Assembly: GCA_002269645.1 (NCBI GenBank)
Contig: NIVC01000684.1
Coordinates: 310,001-374,000, forward strand
Source: Macrostomum lignano
Taxonomy: Eukaryota
DNA: 64,000 nt
Reading direction: 5' to 3'
Shown here one piece after another: positions 12,301 to 34,297 of this stretch (its first letter is position 1; each line of letters opens with the position of its first letter). Position numbers and translations under genes: made by a program. The notes beneath the pieces were generated by a model, which was not told the origin of the DNA, ran no database searches, and saw nothing but the letters and a program-made list of their open reading frames with translations.

Positions 12301-15300
12301 ATCAGGCCATCCTAGAGGAGCCAGACATTCGCCAGCGGCTAATGCTATCCTTAGCCATGTTAAAGAAAGAATTGGAAATGTCCAGATTGCAGCATAAAAT
12401 TGGCAAAGAAGTCGAAGAGAAGGTGAAGGAGCAGCACAGGAAGTACATGCTCCAGGAGCAGTTGAAGGCTATTAAAAAAGAGCTCGGATTAGAGAAGGAA
12501 GATAAAGACGCTATTGGTGAGAAATTTCGAGCCAGATTAGCTAATCTCACTGTGCCAGCTCACGTGACCGAGGTCATTAATGAGGAATTAAACAAGCTGA
12601 GCTTCTTGGATAATCATTCTTCCGAGTTTAACGTTACTAGAAACTACTTGGACTGGCTGACCAGCCTGCCTTGGGGAGTGTTTAGCGAGGAGAATCTCGA
12701 TCTAGCTAGGGCTAGGTGAGTATTGCGCGCTTATAAATTGCTTTTTACATGTGTTTTTCCATCCACAAACTGCCTTCAAGTTCGTCCCTCCTCATAATCG
12801 GCTTTTTAATCCACCCTGCAACCAGCCTTCAAATCCGCCCCTTTACAATCAGCCTTCAAATCCGCCCACAATCAGCCTTCAAATCCATCCCCATTACAAT
12901 CAGCCTTGGAATCCGCCCCCTTACAATCAACCTTCAAATCCGCCCCCTATACAATCAGCCTTCAAATCCGCCCCATTACAATCAGCCTTCAAATCCGCTC
13001 CTTTACAATCAGCCTTCAAATCCGCCCCGTTAAAATCAGCCTTCAAATCCGCCCCCTTACAGTCAGCCTTTAAATCCGCCCCTTTACAATCAGCCTTCAA
13101 ATCCGCCCCTTTTACAATCAGCCTTCAAATCCCCCCACAATCAGCCTTCAAATCCATCCCCATTACAATCAGCGTTGGAATTCGCCCCCTTACAATCAGC
13201 GTTGGAATCCGCCCCCTTACAATCAGCCTTCAAATCCGCCCCCTATACAATCAGCCTTCAAATCCGCCCCATTACAATCAGCCTTCAAATCCGCTCCTTT
13301 ACAATCAGCCTTCAAATCCGCCCCATTACAATCAGCCTTCAAATCCGCCCCTTTACAATCAGCCTTCAAATCCGCCCCGTTACAGTCAGCCTTTAAATCC
13401 GCACCCCCTATAATCAGCCTTCAAATCCGCCCCCATTACAATCAGCCTTCAAATCCATCCCCATTACAATCAGCCTTCAAATCCATCCCCATTACAATCA
13501 GCCTTCAAATCCGCCCCCTTACAATTAGCCTTTAAATCCGCACCCCCTATAATCAGCCTTCAAATCCGCCCCATTACAATCAGCCTTCAAATCCGCCCCT
13601 TTACAATCAGCCTTCAAATCCGCCCCGTTACAGTCAGCCTTTAAATCCGCACCCCCTATAATCAGCCTTCAAATCCGCCCCCATTACAATCAGCCTTCAA
13701 ATCCATCCCCATTACAATCAGCCTTCAAATCCGCCCCCCTTACAGTCAGCCTTTAAATCCGCACCCCCTATAATCAGCCTTCAAATCCGCCCTTATACAA
13801 TCAGCCTTCAAATCCGCCCCATTACAATCAGCCTTCAAATCCGCACCCCATCTACGCACTAAAACACTCCAGAGAGATCCTCGAGCAAGATCACTACGGC
13901 ATGCAGGATGTGAAAAGCCGCATCTTGGAGTTTATCGCTGTCAGCCAGCTGAAAGGCAGCACGCAGGGCAAGATACTCTGCTTTCACGGTCCGCCGGGAG
14001 TTGGCAAAACTTCTATCGCCCGTTCGATTGCTAAAGCTTTGAATAGGAAATACTTCCGGTTCTCAGTTGGCGGCATGTCTGACGTTAGCGAGATCAAAGG
14101 TCACCGACGCACCTACGTTGGCGCCATGCCTGGCAAACTGATTCAGTGCTTGAAGAAAACCAAAACGGAGAATCCTCTGATTCTTATTGACGAGATTGAC
14201 AAGCTGGGTCGGGGCTGGCAAGGCGACCCGTCATCCGCGCTGCTTGAACTTCTGGATCCGGAGCAGAATGTCAACTTTCTAGATCATTACCTGGACGTCA
14301 CTGTTGACCTGTCTAAGGTGCTGTTTATCTGTACGGCTAATACTTTGGATACCATACCTGAGCCGCTGCGAGATCGCATGGAGATGATTGAAGTCAGCGG
14401 GTGAGTCACCTAGCGTAGAGAAGCATCTTGGTCTGCTGCTGCCCCTCCCCTGATGCTTCAGTGCCTGCTGCTGCCCCTCCCCTGATGCTTCAGTGCCTGC
14501 TGCTGCCCCTCCCCTGATGCTTCAGTGCCTGCTGCTGCCCCTCCCCTGATGCTTCAGTGCCTGCTGCTGCCCCTCCCCTGATGCTTCAGTGCCTGCTGCT
14601 GCCCCTCCCCTGATGCTTCAGTGCCTGCTGCTGCCCCTCCCCTGATGCTTCAGTGCCTGCTGCTGCCCCTCCCCTGATGCTTCAGTGCCAGCTGCTGCCC
14701 CTCCCCTGATGCTTCAGTGCCTTCTGCTGCCCCTCCCCTGATGCTTCAGTGCCTGCTGCTGCCCCTCCCCTGAGGCTTCAGTGCCTGCTGTTGCCCCTCC
14801 CCTGATGCTTCAGTGCCTGCTGCTTCCCCTCCCCTGATGCTTCAGTGCCTGCTGCTGCCCCTCCCCTGATGCTTCAGTGCCTGCTGCTGCCCCTCCCCTG
14901 ATGCTTCAGTGCCTGCTGCTGCCCCTCCCCTGATGCTTCAGTGCCTGCTGCTGCCCTGTCCTGATGCTTCAGTGCCTGCTGCTTCCCCTCCCCTGATGCT
15001 TCAGTGCCTGCTGCTTCCCCTCCCCTGATGCTTCAGTGCCTGCTGCTGCCCCTCCCCTGATGCTTCAGTGCCTGCTGCTGCCCCTCCCCTGATGCTTCAG
15101 TGCCTGCTGCTGCCCCTGTCCTGATGCTTCAGTGCCTGCTGCTGCCCCTCCCCTGATGCTTCAGTGCCTGCTGCTGCCCCTCCCCTGATGCTTCGTTGCC
15201 TGCTGCTGCCCCTCCCCTGATGCTTCAGTGCCTGCTGCTGCCCCTCCCCTGAGGCTTCAGTGCCTTCTGCTGCCCCTGTCCTGATGCTTCAGTGCCTGCT

Positions 15301-16492
15301 GCTGCCCCTCCCCTGATGCTTCAGTGCCTGCTGCTGCCCTGTCCTGATGCTTCAGTGCCTGCTGCTGCCCCTCCCTGATGCTTCAGTGCCTGCTGCTGCC
15401 CCTCCCCTGATGCTTCAGTGCCTGCTGCTGCCCCTCCCCTGATGCTTTAGTGCCTGCTGCTGCCCCTGTCCTGATGCTTCAGTGCCTGCTGCTGCCCCTC
15501 CCCTGACCCTTCATTCACTCCAATCTTATTTCCAATTCTCCAGCTACGTAGCGGAAGAGAAGGTGAGCATCGCGCAGAAGTACCTCATCCCGGAGGTGCT
15601 GGAAGCCAGCGGCCTCCGTCCCGAACAAGTCAGCGTCACGGATGCCGCCCTGACCGCCCTGATCAGTCGCTACTGTCGCGAGTCTGGCGTGAGAAATTTA
15701 AAAAAGCACATTGAAAAATTGCTCAGAAAAGTTGCTTACAAACTGGTTGATAGCAAAACAGCCGATTCCAGTACAGCTGCCGACTGTACCAGCATTGACG
15801 AAACCAGTCTGGCAGACTTTGTCGGCAAGCCAGTGTTTAGCAGAGACAGACTGTACGACAGCACACCATCGGGTGTGGTGATGGGCCTTGCCTGGACCGC
15901 GATGGGCGGAGCCGCTCTGTTCGTTGAAACCTCATTGAAGACGCCGCCGTCTTTGACAACTACTGCCAAGAAATCTGAGAATAATAATACAGTCTCGCCG
16001 ACTCCTGCTTCTAGCAGTCTTGAACTCACCGGTCACCTTGGCGACGTGATGAAGGAGTCTGTGCGCATAGCTCACACCTATTCTCAATCGTTCCTAGCCC
16101 GCCTAGATCCCGACAATGCCGCACTACGCAGCGGCGGTATTCACATCCACGTGCCTGAGGGCGCCACACCAAAGGACGGGCCTAGCGCTGGCATCACCAT
16201 GGCAACGGGTTTATTGAGTCTAGCCTTAGACACGCCAGTCTGCCAAGAGACGGCCATGACTGGCGAGTTAAGCTTGACTGGCAAAATCATGCCAGTAGGC
16301 GGTATTAAAGAGAAAGTGATTGCTGCTAAACGGGCCGGAGTGTCCACCGTGGTGCTGCCTGAGGACAACAGGAAGGACTATGCCGATCTGCCAGAGTTCT
16401 TGCGCGACGGAGTTAAAGCTCATTTCGTGTCTCACTATAGCGAAGCGTTTCCGCTGCTCTTTCCCGACTGGGCTGGCAAGATGCCGAAATAA
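6383..16492 (+). CDS. LONP1: Mitochondrial Lon protease, about 1032 aa, 6 exons
   Basis: Exons 6383-6734, 8082-8461, 10797-10893, 11923-12715, 13873-14400, 15544-16492; phases 1,0,1,2,2; 3099 nt. Arg/Ser/Leu-rich acid-poor N-terminus (presequence-like); LAN domain; Walker A GPPGVGKT; Walker B ILIDEID; catalytic PKDGPSAG and GGIKEK; no PTS1 (ends KMPK), so LONP1 rather than LONP2. Confidence 0.97.
6757..7020 (+). mobile_element. tRNA-derived SINE with a CORE/MIR-like domain, family 1 copy A (Lon intron 1)
   Basis: A-box-like TAGTGGTTAGG, B box GGTTCGATTCT, central TGTGTCCTTGAG..TTAACTCTGC..CTTCAGTCCACCCAGCTG resembling the CORE domain; homologous copies at 30783 and 20725. Confidence 0.85.
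7373..7857. repeat. 16-bp tandem repeat in Lon intron 1
   Basis: Unit CAGTGAAATCCCAACT, about 30 copies. Confidence 0.97.
7860..8030 (+). mobile_element. 3' half of SINE family 2
   Basis: GTGTACATGCCTGACGAT..CTGTACAC..GCTCAGGAGTCAGCGGGATGGGCAG..GGTTGTGGGACA matches the reverse complement of 21765-21930. Confidence 0.65.
8575..10782. repeat. 23-bp tandem array in Lon intron 2, interrupted by a solo LTR
   Basis: Unit ATCCACTATGAGAATCAGCTCTC (variant ..CTGATCTT) at 8575-8704 and 9928-10782. Confidence 0.95.
8705..9927 (-). mobile_element. Solo LTR, 1223 bp, with 4-bp target-site duplication
   Basis: Starts TGTTATG at 8705 and ends CACCACA at 9927; TTAT duplicated at 8701-8704 and 9928-9931; removal restores a repeat unit. 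Strand is tentative, from a minus-strand AATAAA near 9050. Confidence 0.8.
10915..11885 (+). repeat. 32-bp minisatellite in Lon intron 3
   Basis: Unit GCAGCAGCAGGCACTGAAGCATCAGGGGAGGG, about 30 copies. Confidence 0.97.
12780..13850. repeat. About 27-bp minisatellite in Lon intron 4
   Basis: Unit CAATCAGCCTTCAAATCCGCCCCATTA and variants. Confidence 0.95.
14435..15505 (-). repeat. Reverse-complement copy of the intron-3 32-bp minisatellite, in Lon intron 5
   Basis: Unit CCCTCCCCTGATGCTTCAGTGCCTGCTGCTGC is the reverse complement of the 10915-11885 unit; about 33 copies. Confidence 0.97.
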
Positions 16493-16597
16493 TGCTGAAT
16501 ATGGAATTTACTAAACTAATTTATCCTGGATGACTTTTGCTATTGGTTAAATTGTCTGAACTGTTTGCTAAATGATTTGGCTCATGTAAACTTATTT

Positions 16598-16940
<343 letters not shown>

Positions 16941-17504
16941 TAAGACCAAATTTAAATAAAAAATTACGTGAGCCAATTTTATAAATACAACATGTTTCTT
17001 TTTTTTCAACAAGTAACATCAAAGGACGAAGCGATTCTATTTACTTTTTGTCACTAAAAGCACTAGCGCAATATACCTATTTCTAATTGTTTATCCAGCT
17101 TTAAATGTTATCTTGAAGTTTTACGGGTATTTGATTCTTAAGAGTATAAATTAATTCATCGGTTATCCCCTCCAAGTTGTCCATCATTTAGTGAAATTTT
17201 AGCGCCAGTTGAATTGTGCTGTCACCTCTTTGAATTATGACCTCGTATATGTTTCTTAGAATTTATGTGTAGCTGGCCATGTTCTGTTTAAATTTACGCG
17301 AAAAAACTTTGAACTCGTTCGTGTTTGGCAAGCATTTTTCAGTAGTTGCCAGACTATCCGTAGTGGCAATTTTAAGTACATTGAAACTTCATATTGATTG
17401 GCGATTTATATATTGCATGTAGTTTGAGTTTTCGTGCCTTTTTCACTTTCTCATACCTACTCTATTGAAGTTTAGGTATGAGAATTCTATGTGTATACAT
17501 GTAG

Positions 17505-18422
17505 ATCTGGGTATTCTATGGGTATAGATCTGGGTATTCTATGGGTATAGATCGTGGGTATTCAATAGGTACAGATCATGGGTACTCTATGGGTAATAAT
17601 CATGGGTATTTAATAGGTAATGATCCTGGGTATTCAATGGTTACAGATCATGGGTACTCTATGGGTAATGATCCTGGGTATTCAATAGGTAATGATCATG
17701 GGTACTCTATGGGTAATGATCCTGGGTATTCAATGGGTACAGATCATGGGTACTCTATGGGTAATAATCATGGGTATTTAATAGGTAATGATCCTGGGTA
17801 TTCAATGGTTACAGATCATGGGTACTCTATGGGTAATAATCATGGGTATTTAATAGGTAATGATCCTGGGTATTCAATGGGTACAGATCATGGGTACTCT
17901 ATGGGTAATGATCATGGGTATTTAATAGGTAATGATCCTGGGTATTCAATGGTTACAGATCATGGGTACTCTATGGGTAATAATCATGGGTATTTAATAG
18001 GTAATGATCCTGGGTATTCAATGGGTACAGATCATGGGTACTCTATGGGTAATGATCATGGGTATTCAATGGATACAGATCATGGGTACTCTATGGGTAA
18101 TAATCATGGGTATTCAATAGGTAATGATCCTGGGTATTCAATGGGTACAGATCATGGGTACTCTATGGGTAATGATCATGGGTATTCAATGGATACAGAT
18201 CATGGGTACTCTATGGGTAATAATCATGGGTATTCAATAGGTAATGATCCTGGGTATTCAATGGGTACAGATCATGGGTACTCTATGGGTAATAATCATG
18301 GGTATTCAATAGGTAATGATCCTGGGTATTCAATGGGTACAGATCATGGGTACTCTATGGGTAATAATCATGGGTATTCAATAGGTAATGATCCTGGGTA
18401 TTCAATGGGTACAGATCATGGG
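17505..18422. repeat. 24-bp minisatellite between Lon and catalase
   Basis: Unit ATGGGTA(C/A)(A/T)GATCATGGGTA(C/T)TC(T/A); one frame is open (ORF 17541-18425). Confidence 0.95.
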
Positions 18423-19031
18423 TAATCCATGCCTACAGACCTGTGTGCCTTCCATAAGCTCAGACCTGGGCCTATATTTTCTCTCTAATTTCATACCCAG
18501 TAAAACCTTGATTTGTGCTTTCACAGGTCGCGTATTTCTCAAAAACTCTTTAATTATTTATCTGCTTGTTGGTGGACTAGTCTTTTAACTTGAAAGAAAT
18601 ATCTTCTTTCAAGATTTTGTAGGATTCTCTTTCGTGTCTTCTTCTGATAAGATAATTCTAGCTTGCGTCAAGCGCAGGTCAATGTAAACGAGAGAAAATG
18701 AAGGTCTTCGCGTCTTATAAATTATAATTAAAATTTATCCTCTTTGAGTTTGTTTTCCAGGGTTTGAGTACAGGGGGTGTGTGCCACCGACCCCAGCAGA
18801 TTACCAGCCTTAGAAACTTACGTACAGACAAACACAGGCGACCCAAGCCACTGCTTCTGTGTATTTAAGAGCCAACACAGTTTGCACAAGCCTTTTACTT
18901 TGCTTCACATTTTTTTTCACTTGATCTGTTTCAGCGCCTAGGTGTACGAGAAGTCGATCTTATATTTCAATACATTTATTTTGAAGACATCGCCAATATC
19001 AGTATAGATACAGAGAAGATAAATATTAACG

Positions 19032-28124
<9,093 letters not shown>

Positions 28125-28685
28125 AGCTAATTGAAGAAAACTTTAGGAATCGTTGAAAATCAATACACGTTTTTCGATCGCTCATAAAAACGAAGTTAAC
28201 AATAATATCTTCTTTATTAACATTTACTTCATCTTCTTTTTCAAGTTCTAAATATCAAATCCTAAGTTATAAGTTGAATATTTATTTTCAAAGCTAAACT
28301 TATTACAAGTAAATAATTGATTGCTCATATATTCTCATTCTTTAGTTTCGATATTAACGCTATTGAATATGTTTTGAGTTTTTTTCCCCGGCTGATTTTG
28401 GTTATCAGTAAATCCAATTAAAATCAATTTATCATCAATATTGTGCGAATGATGTGCACACAGAGAGAAAACTTAAATATAAAGTTGTCATTTTTTTCAT
28501 TTTTCTCTTAATTATCAGTCTACCTGTGTTGCTGTAATTATTTACTATTTAATAAGGTCAACTGAAATGAGTCTCTAGTGCAATTGAGAAGCACTTTACT
28601 TAGAATATTTTTATAAGCTACTTAGTAAGTAGTAGGTAAGGCTAGAAGCATGCATCTTACTCTGTTTGCGTTGCCTAAATTAATT

Positions 28686-29752
28686 GGGAGCACGAAATTT
28701 TCCTGCAGCAAGTTTTCCCTCCAAGGTTTTCTCGCAAGATTTTTCAAGTCGAATCCAGTCTATAGACAGTGCTGGACTAGATTAGACCTAGCCTAGACTA
28801 GACTAGACATAAACTAGACTAGATTTCATTTAGACTAGATTACAACTAGACTAGATTTCAAATCCGATTTGATCTGACTTGAAATTCCGACAGAAAAAAC
28901 CCTGCGGGAAAACCTCGGCGGGGAAAACTTGGCGGGGAAAACTCGGCGGGGAAAACTCGGCGGGGAAAACTCGGCGGGAAAACCTCGGCGAGGAAATCTC
29001 GCTGCGGGAAAACCTCGGCGGGGAAAACTCGGTGGGGAAAACTCGGCAGGGAAAACTCGGTGGGGAAAACTCGGTGGGGAAAACCTCGGTGGGGAAAACT
29101 CGGCGGGGAAATCTCGCGGCGGGAAAACCTTGGCGGGGAAAACTCGGCGGGAAAACCTCGGCGAGGAAATCTCGCTGCGGGAAAACCTCGGCGGGGAAAA
29201 CCTCGGTGGGGAAAACCTCGGTGGTGAAAACTCGGCGGGGAAAACTCGGCGGGAAAAACTCTCGCGGGAAAAACTCGGCGGGGAAAACTCGCTGCGGAAA
29301 ACCTCGGTGGGAAAACCTCGGCGGGGAAAACTCGGTGGGAAAACCTCGGCGGGGAAAACTCGGTGGGAAAACCTCGGCGGGGAAAACTCGGTGGAAAAAC
29401 CTCGGCGGGGAAAACTCGGCGGGAAAACCTCGCTGCGGAAAACCTCGGCGGGGAAAACTCGGCGGGAAAACCTCGGCGGGGAAAACTCGGCGGGAAAACC
29501 TCGCTGCGGAAAACCTCGGCGGGGAAAACTCGGTGGGAAAACCTCGGTGGGGAAAACTCGGTGGGAAAACCTCGGCGGGGAAAACTCGGTGGGAAAACCT
29601 CGGTGGGGAAAACTCGGTGGGAAAACCTCGGCGGGGAAAACTCGGTGGGAAAACCTCGGTGGGGAAAACTCGGTGGGAAAACCTCGGCGGGGAAATCTCG
29701 GCGGGAAAAACTTGCTACGGGAAAACTTCCTGTGGAAAATTCGCATAGACCC
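28686..29752. mobile_element. MITE-like element, 1067 bp, with an amplified GGCGGG(G)AAAAC(C)TC subterminal array
   Basis: Imperfect inverted ends (GGGAGCACGAAATTTTCC..CAGCAAGTTTTCCC versus the reverse complement of GGGAAAACTTGCTACGGGAAAACTTCCTGTGGAAAATTCGCATAGACCC); AATTAATT on both flanks (28678-28685, 29753-29760); 14-15 bp array at 28900-29720. Confidence 0.7.
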
Positions 29753-30040
29753 AATTAATTTACAGGACATTAAAGTGGATTTACAGCTCACCAATATAGG
29801 CTTCTTGTATGTTTCTTTTTGTCTCGCACCCTGTGTGAGCGTGTCAATGTGGTCAGGAGTCAGCGAAATTTAATACGATTGTGGGATGCGGAATGTCGCC
29901 GCTAAAGGCGCACAGTGAAAGGATTGCATTTATTAATATTAATTATTTAATAATTCTATCAAACAAAACCAAAACAACAATAAGCAAACGTGCCCAATTA
30001 ACTCATGATCAGCCACACAGACACACAACGACACAAGACA

Positions 30041-33000
30041 ATGTCCCAAGAAGAAGCCGCAGCCCCGCCGTCTGAGACTCAGCCTCAGAGGTCGCCGCTG
30101 CCATCAGCTCCGGCTCCTGCATCAGATCCGCCAACTCCAGACTACGAGGAACTAATGAGAGATATTGAAAGCTACAATCCTGAAACGTTAAATCGGATAT
30201 TAGAGAAGCTGGCTAATCGCCAACAGACTGAGTCAGTATCGACAGTTTCGAAAGAGGAGGAGATGCAGAAGCAGCAAGAGGAGGTACAGCCAAGCTTAGC
30301 AGACAGGCTGTTGGCAATATTTCCCGATGCCTGTCCAGAATTTGTTAAAACTGAATCAGCAAACTACGAAATGGAACTTGGAGGACCCTATGCGGTTGCA
30401 AACATTGGCGACGTAGACTTGGAACCGCTGGTTAATCGTTGGCTGACTCGGGGCTATCAGAAACGAATCAAGAAATGGCAACAGCAAAAGCAACAGGAAG
30501 AACGTCAGAAAGCTGAAGCTAATAATAATCCGTTGGAAGCTGAGGTTGTCGTTGATCCGGACGAAGGCACCCTGTTTGATTGGCGCAGACAGAGACGCGA
30601 CTTTCAGCTGCGTCAGCCAGTTTACGACGCTTTAGCGCAAGAGTTTCCATTGATTACTAAACGGTTAGTATTGGGCAAGTTGCCGATATGTATCGATAAA
30701 AGCAATTAGTAGTTTTCCTACTATGTAAATAAAACTACTTATAGTAGTATCTTAGTTTCGCTATTTATAGACTGCATTTCTAGGGGTTGTAGCCTACTGG
30801 TTAGAACGACGGACTCACGACTTACAGGTCGGGCGTTCGATTCCCGATCCCACTGAAACAATTTTGTGTCCTTGAGTAAGAAACTTAACTCTGCATTGCT
30901 TCAGTTTACCCAGCTGTAAAATGGGTGCCAGCATTAGCTGGGGTAATTGAGGGTGGGTGGCGACCCCCCAGTCCTTGAACTGAACAGCCTTCAGATGCGC
31001 CGCGCAATAGCTGCGGCTGAGCTGTCGGTTGCACATCTGGCTATTAGGGCAGGCGTAATCAATTGTTATCTATTTATTGTGTTAGTACTATTTATGTAGA
31101 CTGCATGTAAACTACTCTTGTAGTAGATTTGTTATAATAAAATTTATGCTACATTTTATCTACAGAGAAGGTAATAATTTCTATTAGGCTACCTAAAAGT
31201 TGCTTAGTTTTGATATATATTGCCGATATGTATCGAAAGAGGGCATAAATTTCATTTAACTACTTTAAATAGATTAGCAGTTTCTTAATGAAGTTAAATA
31301 AATAACTACCGGAAAGTAGCATACTGTATGACGTAATAACTATACAATTGTATAATATACAACCCGCAGATCGTTATCCCAGGTTGTAAAAGCATTCAAA
31401 TATTGTCTACCGGCCGCTTACCGCTTCCTGTACAAAGTGTTAGCCTATACTGGTCAGCTATTCACTTCCGGTTCGGTAGAAACCGAAACTAACTGTGCAG
31501 TTGATTCGTGTGGTTCTACGATTGTTCAAATCTCTGATGCCTCCACCGCAGCAACTGCAGCAGAGGACTTCAGTATAGACTGGCAGAGACTGCCCTTCGA
31601 TTGTCCTCTTCAATTAGAATTGTTGCCCTCATCAACTAATGGCAACGCCAGTTTAATGCGAAGATTGTCAAATCCTAGTGCTGCTGGAGTACAGTCGGAG
31701 ACTAATGAGGAGTTGCTAAATGAATTGCGATTCGTACGGGGCCTTATGGCAGATCAGATGGCTGATTTACTGGCTACTGAAGCTGAACAGGGCAACACAG
31801 CTGCTGCTACTGGTGTAAGCTTGTCGGATTCCTTTTTTTGGGATTTAGATTGTGGGATCATATGGAAACTGGAGGAGTTTGAGAAAAGAGATAAAGGAGA
31901 AAATGGTTTCATTTATAACAGACAATGGGATTGAGGGGTTGAGAGGAGAGACAAGACAAACAGGTTGAGAGGAGAGACACAACACAAGACAAGCAGGTTG
32001 AGAGGAGAGATACAACACAAGACAAACAGGTTAAGAGGAGACACAACACAATACAAACAGGTTAAGAGGAGACACAACACAATACAAACAGGTTGAGAGG
32101 AGACACAACACAAGACAAACAGGTTGAGAGGAGAGATACAACACAAGACAAACAGGTTAAGAGGAGACACAACACAATACAAACAGGTTGAGAGGAGACA
32201 CAACACAAGACAAACAGGTTGAGAGGAGACACAACACAAGACAAACAGGTTGAGAGGAGACACAACACAATACAAACAGGTTGAGAGGAGACACAACACA
32301 AGACAAACAGGTTGAGAGGAGACACAACACAAGACAAACAGGTTGAGAGGAGAGACACAACACAAGACAAACAGGTTGAGAGGAGAGACACAACACAAGA
32401 CAAACAGGTTGAGAGGAGAGACACAACACAAGACAAACAGGTTGAGAGGAGAGACACAACACAAGACAAACAGGTTGAGAGGAGAGACACAACACAAGAC
32501 AAACAGGTTGAGAGGAGAGACAACACAAGACAAACAGGTTGAGAGGAGAGACACAACGCAAGACAAACAGGTTGAGAGGAGGAACACAACGCAAGACAAA
32601 CAGGTTGAGAGGAGAGACACAACGCAAGACAAACAGGTTGAGAGGAGAGACACAACGCAAGACAAACAGGTTGAGAGGAGAGACACAACGCAAGACAAAC
32701 AGGTTGAGAGGAGAGACACAACGCAAGACAAACAGGTTGAGAGGAGAGACACAACGCAAGACAAACAGGTTGAGTGGAGAGACACAACGCAAGACAAACA
32801 GGTTGAGAGGAGAGACACAACGCAGCTTTCATCGATCAATCCCTCAGCTGGACAATTTAGCAACAGCAAACGACAGCTCGCAACAGGAACAATCCACTTT
32901 CGAATGCGAGTGCTGTTTCGGCGATTTTCAATTCGACGAGATGTGCCAATGTCCCGAGGGTCACCTGTTCTGTCGGCCCTGCCTGGCAGCTTACGTTAAA

Positions 33001-33342
33001 GAGAAAGTCTACGGCACTGGCAGATTGACTCTGCAGTGCATGGCACCGAATTGTGACCGAATATTCCTGCGTAGTCAGCTGTGCCTGGCTGTGGACACGG
33101 CTACGCTGGCTAAACTGGACGAGAGAGCCGCCGAGGACAGCGTGAGAACCATTACTAAACTGTTTCGCTGCCCGGCCTGCAACTGGGGTGCCGAGATTGC
33201 TGAGGACGATGGCCAGGATGAGGCTACGGAGACCTCGGCTGCTGATGCTGGGGCCGGCGTTAATAATAAGGTGAGCCTTCTCGCTAATTCAGGGCGTCTA
33301 AACATTAATTTGTGTATTCTTGGGATGAGGTGACGGGCAAGG

Positions 33343-33374
<32 letters not shown>

Positions 33375-33420
33375 GCAGGCAGGCAGGCAGACAGACAGAC
33401 AGACAGACAGACAGAGACTA

Positions 33421-33453
<33 letters not shown>

Positions 33454-33518
33454 CAGACAGACAGACAGACAGACAGACACAGACAGACAGACACAGACAG
33501 ACAGACACAGACAAACAC

Positions 33519-33593
<75 letters not shown>

Positions 33594-33600
33594 CAGATAA

Positions 33601-33639
<39 letters not shown>

Positions 33640-33664
33640 CAGACAGACAGACACAGACAAACAC

Positions 33665-33727
<63 letters not shown>

Positions 33728-33770
33728 GGCAGGCAGGCAGGCCGGCAGGCAGGCAGGCCGGCAGGCAGGC

Positions 33771-33819
<49 letters not shown>

Positions 33820-33842
33820 GGCAGGCAGGCCGGCAGGCAGGC

Positions 33843-33883
<41 letters not shown>

Positions 33884-33894
33884 GGCAGACAGAC

Positions 33895-33925
<31 letters not shown>

Positions 33926-33950
33926 CAGACAGACAGACACAGACAAACAC

Positions 33951-33997
<47 letters not shown>

Positions 33998-34004
33998 CAG
34001 ATAA

Positions 34005-34047
<43 letters not shown>

Positions 34048-34083
34048 CAGATAAACAGACAGACAGACAGACAGAGAGACAGA

Positions 34084-34124
<41 letters not shown>

Positions 34125-34151
34125 GGCAGGCAGGCAGGCCGGCAGGCAGGC

Positions 34152-34204
<53 letters not shown>

Positions 34205-34227
34205 GGCAGGCAGGCCGGCAGGCAGGC

Positions 34228-34297
<70 letters not shown>

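Noticed and set aside
6383-16492. Peroxisomal Lon (LONP2), suggested by the neighbouring catalase
   Set aside because: It has a presequence-like N-terminus and no C-terminal PTS1, which fits mitochondrial LONP1.
28835-29873. Multiple 290-320 aa ORFs on both strands
   Set aside because: Translations of the GGCGGGGAAAACTC array; no unique coding sequence.
31166-31170. Possible 5-nt micro-exon (CTACAG|AGAAG|GTAATA) in RNF216 intron 1
   Set aside because: Inclusion would shift the frame, and the 30663-31370 junction is already in phase.
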